The translations under genes and the position numbers were made by a program. A stretch of DNA of 64,000 nt from Promethearchaeia archaeon (GTDB taxonomy: Archaea > Asgardarchaeota > Lokiarchaeia > Sigyniarchaeales > SOKP01). This document shows positions 58,706-64,000 of the stretch, in pieces; position 1 is the stretch's first letter; each line of letters starts with the position of its first letter. The notes below the pieces were generated by a model that saw nothing but the letters and a program-made list of their open reading frames with translations, made no database searches and was not told the origin of the DNA. Location of the stretch: contig JAHQWJ010000143.1 in the NCBI GenBank assembly GCA_029856125.1, positions 17,325 to 81,324 of the forward strand, read 5' to 3'.

Positions 58706-60397
58706 ATGGCACAATTAGGCGGTCAACCTATCTTGATTATGAGGGAAGGGACCGAAAGAACTCGTGGAAAAGACGCAATGGAAAATAATATCGCTGCGGC
58801 AAAAGTTATCGCTGAAGCGGTGCGAACATCACTTGGACCTCGTGGAATGGATAAAATGCTCGTCGATCAATTCGGCGACGTTGTTATTACAAACGATGGG
58901 GCAACAATCCTAAAAGAAATCGATGTTCAACACCCAGCAGCTAAAATGATGGTCGAAGTTGCTAAAACTCAAGACTCAGAAGTAGGCGATGGAACAACAT
59001 CCTCCGTAATACTTGCTGGCGAACTATTAAAACGCGCAGAAAAGCTTTTACAACAAAAGATTCACCCAACAGTTATCACCGAGGGATTCCGAAAAGCTTC
59101 TGAGAAAGCAGTTGAAATCTTAGAAGAAATGTCAATAAAAAGCGGAATTGATGATAACGAAGGGCTAAGGAACTGCGCAAGGACCTGTATGTCTTCTAAA
59201 ATTGTTTCTGAATCAAAAGAGATGCTAGCAGACATTTGTATCGATGCAATAAAAGCAGTAGCCGAAAAAGACGAAAACGGTAAATGGGTAGCTGATATCG
59301 AAAAAGTTCAAATCCAAAAAAAGGAGGGAGAGTCAATTGACGAAACTTCCCTTATCAAAGGTATTATTTTGGATAAAGAAGTTGTTAGCCCCGGAATGCC
59401 TAAGATCGCTAAAGACGCTAAGGTACTCTTATTACAGAGCGCTATAGAAATCGAAAAAACTGAATTTGACGCTAAACTTCAAATTACAAGCCCAGATCAA
59501 ATTCAACAATTCCTAGACGAAGAAGAACGCATGCTTAGAACCATGGTCGATAAGATTGTGAATTCAGGAGCAAATGTCGTAGTTTGTCAGAAAGGAATCG
59601 ATGATATGGCTCAGCATTTCTTAACAAAAGCGGGAGTAATGGCTATTAGACGCGTCAAAAAATCGGATATAGAAAAGCTTGCTAAAGCTACTGGCGGAAT
59701 GATCTTCACCAATCTCGACGATATAACAGAAGAAAGGCTTGGTTTTGCTGGTTTAGTTGAAGAACGCAAAATTATGAACGATAGCTGGATCTTTGTCGAA
59801 GAGTGTAAAGATCCTAAATCAGTCGTAATTTTAATTAGAGGCGGAACCGAACTTATCATAGACGAAGTCGATAGAGCTATTCACGACGCTTTATGCGTAG
59901 TAAGAAATGTGGTCGAAGACCAGAAAATTGTCGGTGGCGGAGGAGCTCCAGAAGTCGAAACTGCAATTCAATTAAGAAAATACGCTCAAACTCTCGGAGG
60001 GCGAGAGCAACTCGCAGTAGAAGTTTTTGCCGATTCCCTTGATATTATCCCTAAAACGCTCGCAGAAAATGCTGGATTAGATCAGATTGACGTGTTAATG
60101 AAATTAAGAGCGGCACATCAAGCAGGACACAAGTTTGCAGGACACAACCTAGAAACTGGCGAAGTTATTCTCGACATGATGGCAGTTGGCGTAGTCGAAC
60201 CAACAGTAGTGAAAATTCAGGCAATTAAAAGCTCTACCGAAGCGGCTTCTATGATTTTACGCATCGACGATGTTATCGCAGGTGCGAAAAGCGCAATGCC
60301 CCCTGGTGGCCCAGGTGGTATGGGTGGCATGCCTCCGGGAATGGGAGGTATGGGCGGTATGGGCGGTATGGGTGGCATGCCTCCGGGAATGATGTAA
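58706..60397 (+). CDS. Thermosome (group II chaperonin) subunit
   Basis: [40 protein letters not shown]; Gly/Met/Pro tail. Confidence 0.98.
   Translation: MAQLGGQPILIMREGTERTRGKDAMENNIAAAKVIAEAVRTSLGPRGMDKMLVDQFGDVVITNDGATILKEIDVQHPAAKMMVEVAKTQDSEVGDGTTSSVILAGELLKRAEKLLQQKIHPTVITEGFRKASEKAVEILEEMSIKSGIDDNEGLRNCARTCMSSKIVSESKEMLADICIDAIKAVAEKDENGKWVADIEKVQIQKKEGESIDETSLIKGIILDKEVVSPGMPKIAKDAKVLLLQSAIEIEKTEFDAKLQITSPDQIQQFLDEEERMLRTMVDKIVNSGANVVVCQKGIDDMAQHFLTKAGVMAIRRVKKSDIEKLAKATGGMIFTNLDDITEERLGFAGLVEERKIMNDSWIFVEECKDPKSVVILIRGGTELIIDEVDRAIHDALCVVRNVVEDQKIVGGGGAPEVETAIQLRKYAQTLGGREQLAVEVFADSLDIIPKTLAENAGLDQIDVLMKLRAAHQAGHKFAGHNLETGEVILDMMAVGVVEPTVVKIQAIKSSTEAASMILRIDDVIAGAKSAMPPGGPGGMGGMPPGMGGMGGMGGMGGMPPGMM
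60317..60391 (+). repeat. Exact 27-bp direct repeat (60317-60343, 60365-60391) around GGM codon repeats in the thermosome tail
   Basis: GGTATGGGTGGCATGCCTCCGGGAATG occurs twice. Confidence 0.9.
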
Positions 60398-60403
60398 CCA
60401 ATC

Positions 60404-60526
60404 AATCAATTAAATTTATTTTTTCTTTCTATTTTTCTTTTAATTTTCTACTAATACTTTGGGAGAGTCCACATCCGACTAGATCAATTCGGTTTATCGC
60501 CCATTTAAGTTCTTCTTTAATATATT
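60404..60526. repeat. Dispersed direct repeat, copy 1 (core GAGAGTCCACATCCGACTA)
   Basis: Aligns with 61814-61891 and 62882-62974. Confidence 0.9.
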
Positions 60527-60653
60527 CATTATTAACGGATTTGCATAACATCGTTAAATCCACTCTCACTTCTATAAGCAATGCTATGAAATCGTTGAGG
60601 GTTTCATATTTTGGTGCTTTTTCTTCTCCATTTTGTATTTCATTTTCTGCTAT
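60429..60653 (-). CDS. 74-aa hypothetical protein with probable ATA start (not in ORF track)
   Basis: (M)AENEIQNGEEKAPKYETLNDFIALLIEVRVDLTMLCKSVNNEYIKEELKWAINRIDLVGCGLSQSISRKLKEK*; GGAG SD upstream; its repeat copies differ largely at synonymous or conservative sites. Confidence 0.65.
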   Translation of the reverse strand: MAENEIQNGEEKAPKYETLNDFIALLIEVRVDLTMLCKSVNNEYIKEELKWAINRIDLVGCGLSQSISRKLKEK

Positions 60654-60811
60654 TTTACATCAACTCCTTTTTTTTTGTTTCTATCATATCTGTGAGCATA
60701 TATATTTAAACAAAAATTTTTACTGTAAATAGGTTTCAATGTATTTTTTGAAACGATTGAGGTTTAAATAGTTCTCTTGAGACACATTTTAAACGAGACA
60801 TAAGTTCAAAA

Positions 60812-61651
60812 ATGCTTGAGAGAGAAAAAACGCCGTATGGATATATCTATAAAGTTTCAAATACCATCAATGGAAAGGTTTATATTGGAAAAACTGAAAA
60901 AACAATAATAGGAATGATCGGTTTAGCTTTTACCGGCCCAGAAATTAATAGAAGAGCATCCGAAAGTCAGTCTATTATCCAACAATCTAGAAATAGAATC
61001 GATTTATGTGAATTATTAAATTGGGACTCATTTTATGTAGAGCATGATTTCTTCGCTTTAGATTGGTATGTAGCTGCTATGATTAATGATAGTTTGATTA
61101 CAGAATCTGAAGCAAATAACACCATATTTAAATATCTAATTGAGAATTCTAAAAAAGTATCTGAAACTAGGGGAAGAAGTGATGTAGACGAATACATTCT
61201 TTTCAAGGATAGATCTGAAATATTTATTGAATGGTATGTAGTAGATTTATTTCTGGAGGAGAGTTTTTTGTATAATCATACATATGAGTTAGTAGTGTCT
61301 CAATATGGAGAGAATACTGAACCCTTTATATTACAGTTTGATATTCTGTTAATGGCAAATTTAGTTGATGATTACGAAACTAATATTTTGATACCTTTAG
61401 AGAGATGTGAAGAACGGTTCATTTGGGCAGAAGCGTTATTGATTGGATCAATTTCTTTGATAGCATTATGGGAAAATAAAGAAGAAAAATCTTTTCTGCT
61501 AACTTACAAAGAGGAAGAAATAGAAGTAAAACGAAAATCTAGAGCAGGAAAAAGAGAACTTCCATTAGATCCTCACCTTATTGGTCCACTCGTTCTAATC
61601 CCAATTAGTTATGGTCTCATACTATTTGGGTTGTTTCAAATCCTCCTATAA
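60812..61651 (+). CDS. Chimeric ORF: GIY-YIG nuclease N-terminal fragment fused to an unrelated membrane protein
   Basis: YGYIYKVSNTINGKVYIGKT, then an abrupt switch to acidic/TM sequence. Confidence 0.6.
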   Translation: MLEREKTPYGYIYKVSNTINGKVYIGKTEKTIIGMIGLAFTGPEINRRASESQSIIQQSRNRIDLCELLNWDSFYVEHDFFALDWYVAAMINDSLITESEANNTIFKYLIENSKKVSETRGRSDVDEYILFKDRSEIFIEWYVVDLFLEESFLYNHTYELVVSQYGENTEPFILQFDILLMANLVDDYETNILIPLERCEERFIWAEALLIGSISLIALWENKEEKSFLLTYKEEEIEVKRKSRAGKRELPLDPHLIGPLVLIPISYGLILFGLFQILL

Positions 61652-61813
61652 TAATTAATTCTTACTCTTCTATTTTTTCTTGTTATGTGCTATGAGCAGA
61701 AATGGTCAGATTTTTGTGTGTGGTTGTTTCTTGTTATACGGATCAAAAATCTCAAAAAATAAATAGTAGAATAGGAAGATATCAAGATTATTTTTGAAAA
61801 TTATCTATTAGAT

Positions 61814-61891
61814 AATCTATTAAATTTATTTTTTCTTTCTATTTTTCTTTTAATTTTTTACTTATGTTTTGAGAGAGTCCACATCCGACTA
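61814..61891. repeat. Dispersed direct repeat, copy 2 (3' remnant of the 74-aa gene plus its downstream region)
   Basis: 78-bp ungapped match to 60404-60481; minus strand encodes VGCGLSQNISKKLKEK*. Confidence 0.9.
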
Positions 61892-61949
61892 TACAATATT
61901 AATAATTCCTATCTAATTTAGGTTTTTGAATTTTTATCACACATTTTCT

Positions 61950-62795
61950 CTATGGAAGCCCAGCTCCAGGGATTTCAACTCTGGTTATTTCAATTCGTCC
62001 TTTTATTCTGTCTGTTTGGTCAAGGGCTGTAGATGTGGCTATAAAGAGAGAACATCGGTCAATACCGCCTAACATGCATGCATAAGCCTGACTTGAAACC
62101 TTAATTTCATGAGTCACTTTCCCACCTTCAAGAACTCGAAAAACTTTACCGCTACCGGGCGATGCAATCCAAATTCCTCCTTCTGCATCAAGACAGATTC
62201 CATCAGGATTCATGGAGTTTAAATTTGCCCAGATTCGTCGTTCCTCCAGTAATCCATCCTTCAAAATATCAAAAGCCGTCAATTTACTTCCAAAAGTTTC
62301 GGCGACTATAAGAGTTTTATCGTCTGGAGTAATAATGGTGCCATTTGGAAATGCTAAGTTGTCAGCAACAATTTGAGCTTTTCCCTCTGGTGTTACTAGG
62401 ATAATTTCCGCTGGTTTGAGCTGCTCAGTTTGAAAGTCGAAACCACAGTTTCCAACATACGCTCTTCCTTTCTTGTCTACAACCATGTCGTTGCATCTAT
62501 AAGTAGCTAATGAGCTTAAATCTGCAACCTCTTTTAAACCATCAGGACCGAGTCGCATTAATCGTTCATCAACCATTGAGACTATTAACAATGTATCATC
62601 GGGGAGCCACCCTAAACCAGAAGGTGAATCATCCGTTTTGATGATAGTCTCGACATTCCTTTGTAGATCTACTGTCATTACTTTTCTCGCAAGCATATCG
62701 GAAAACCACAATTTTTCGTCATGCCAGCGGAGACCTTCGGGAAATTTTAAACCTTCTAGAAAGATTTCTGTCCCTAAAAATTCGGGATTGCTCAT
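61950..62795 (-). CDS. SMP-30/gluconolactonase/LRE family protein
   Basis: FPEGLRW, CNDMVVD, FPNG, PDGICLDAEGGIW. Confidence 0.93.
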   Translation of the reverse strand: MSNPEFLGTEIFLEGLKFPEGLRWHDEKLWFSDMLARKVMTVDLQRNVETIIKTDDSPSGLGWLPDDTLLIVSMVDERLMRLGPDGLKEVADLSSLATYRCNDMVVDKKGRAYVGNCGFDFQTEQLKPAEIILVTPEGKAQIVADNLAFPNGTIITPDDKTLIVAETFGSKLTAFDILKDGLLEERRIWANLNSMNPDGICLDAEGGIWIASPGSGKVFRVLEGGKVTHEIKVSSQAYACMLGGIDRCSLFIATSTALDQTDRIKGRIEITRVEIPGAGLP

Positions 62796-62881
62796 ATCTA
62801 ATAAAAATGATCTACCAATTGATAAAAGTTCTCATTAAAAAATCCACCATTGACTCCTAATAATAATTAGGAAATCGAGTG

Positions 62882-62974
62882 TTTTCTTTTAATTTTTTAC
62901 TAATATTTTGAGAGAGTCCACAGCCGACTAAATCGATCCCGATTATCGCTAATTTAAGGCGTTCTTTATATATT
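62882..62974. repeat. Dispersed direct repeat, copy 3 (3' remnant of a paralog of the 74-aa gene)
   Basis: Matches about 60433-60526; minus strand encodes KERLKLAIIGIDLVGCGLSQNISKKLKEN. Confidence 0.88.
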
Positions 62975-63080
62975 AGAGATATATAAATTCGAAAAATATT
63001 TTTAAATAAGATAAAAGCAATAATGATCTATTAAGAATAATTCGATAGAAACAAAACTAAAAACAAATAAGGTAATTTTA

Positions 63081-63968
63081 ATGCCTAAAGCAAAAGCTAA
63101 CAATATTGAAATAGAGTATGACACATTTGGAGATCCTTCGTCAAAACCTTTACTTTTAGTAATGGGGTTAGGAGCTCAGATGATTGCCTGGCTGGAGGAC
63201 TTTTGTATGATGTTAGTAGATAAAGGATTTTACGTAATTCGATTTGATAATCGAGATATAGGTTTATCTACTAAATTTGAAGAAGCTGGTGTACCAGATA
63301 TTATGAAGGAAGTTATGGCAGCCCAGCGAGGAGAAACGATATTACCTCCTTACACTGTAGAAGATATGGCTGATGATGCAGTTGGTCTTTTAGATGCCCT
63401 TAACATAGAAAAGGCTCATATTTGTGGTGCATCGATGGGAGGAATGATTGTTCAGATAATCGCATTCCGCCATCCAACGCGCGTTCTGAGTCTTACTTCA
63501 ATAATGAGTACAACAGGTAATCCTAATCTCCCTCAAGCTAAGCCAGAAGCTTTGCAAGTACTACTTAAACCTGCGCCTACAGAACGCGAAGCTTATATTG
63601 AGGAATCAGTGAAACGTCGGCGTATTCTTTATGGATCTGGCTTTCCGTATCATGAAGATCAAGCACGTGAATTCGCAGCAATCTCATATGACCGTTCATT
63701 TTATCCACAAGGAATGGCGCGACAATTGTTTGCAATATTAGCTACTGAAAACCGAGTACCAAAACTTGGCTCAATAAAAGTTCCTACGGTTGTAATTCAT
63801 GGAGGCGATGATCCACTAGTTCCAGTTGAGGGTGGCAAAGAAACTGCAGCATCTATACCTGGATCAGAATTGCTAATAATTGAGGGCATGGGACATAGTT
63901 TACCACCTGAAACCTGGCCTCAAATTGTAGCCGCAATTGCTAAAAACGCTGATAAGGTAAGTAATTAG
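63081..63968 (+). CDS. Alpha/beta hydrolase (esterase-like)
   Basis: RFDNRDIGLS, GASMGG, HGGDDPLV, GMGH. Confidence 0.93.
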   Translation: MPKAKANNIEIEYDTFGDPSSKPLLLVMGLGAQMIAWLEDFCMMLVDKGFYVIRFDNRDIGLSTKFEEAGVPDIMKEVMAAQRGETILPPYTVEDMADDAVGLLDALNIEKAHICGASMGGMIVQIIAFRHPTRVLSLTSIMSTTGNPNLPQAKPEALQVLLKPAPTEREAYIEESVKRRRILYGSGFPYHEDQAREFAAISYDRSFYPQGMARQLFAILATENRVPKLGSIKVPTVVIHGGDDPLVPVEGGKETAASIPGSELLIIEGMGHSLPPETWPQIVAAIAKNADKVSN

Positions 63969-64000
63969 GAAATTAAGTGAATTTTTTTTTTTTATTTTAA

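Noticed and set aside
60541-60732. Tracked 63-aa plus-strand ORF
   Set aside because: Overlaps the better-supported minus-strand frame at 60429-60653.
60404-62974. The three repeats as a CRISPR array or classical integron attC sites
   Set aside because: Spacing is 1-1.4 kb, there is no cas or intI gene, the copies lack long attC-type palindromes, and they translate as the 3' end of a small gene.

Overview
AT-rich, gene-dense archaeal chromosomal window. Inference: an Asgard archaeon (Lokiarchaeia-like), because archaeal housekeeping genes (psmB, rps8e, srp19, gltX, thrS, aspS, map, truD, pth2, eL38, eL40, thermosome, ribK/ribL, prs) sit beside eukaryote-signature-type genes (Rab-like GTPase, longin-like protein, Rpn11/CSN5-like JAMM protein, possible adaptin-appendage-like protein). 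Things the ORF track misses: (1) a ~458-nt ORF-free segment at 50355-50812 with perfectly complementary ends, about ten internal helices whose G-U pairs favour the + strand, a TATA box and a T-rich tail; this is the best candidate for an undescribed large structured ncRNA. (2) Two tRNA genes (Pro-GGG, Arg-GCG), each with a 30-nt intron at a non-canonical position (27/28 and 58/59). (3) Three genes that appear to start at ATA/ATT codons. (4) Small genes for eL40, a 55-aa zinc-finger protein and a 74-aa protein. (5) A probable insertion hotspot after the thermosome gene, where 3' remnants of that 74-aa gene separate unrelated cargo genes. No CRISPR array, rRNA or intact transposase/integrase was seen. 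All calls come from reading motifs by eye; no searches or folding programs were run.
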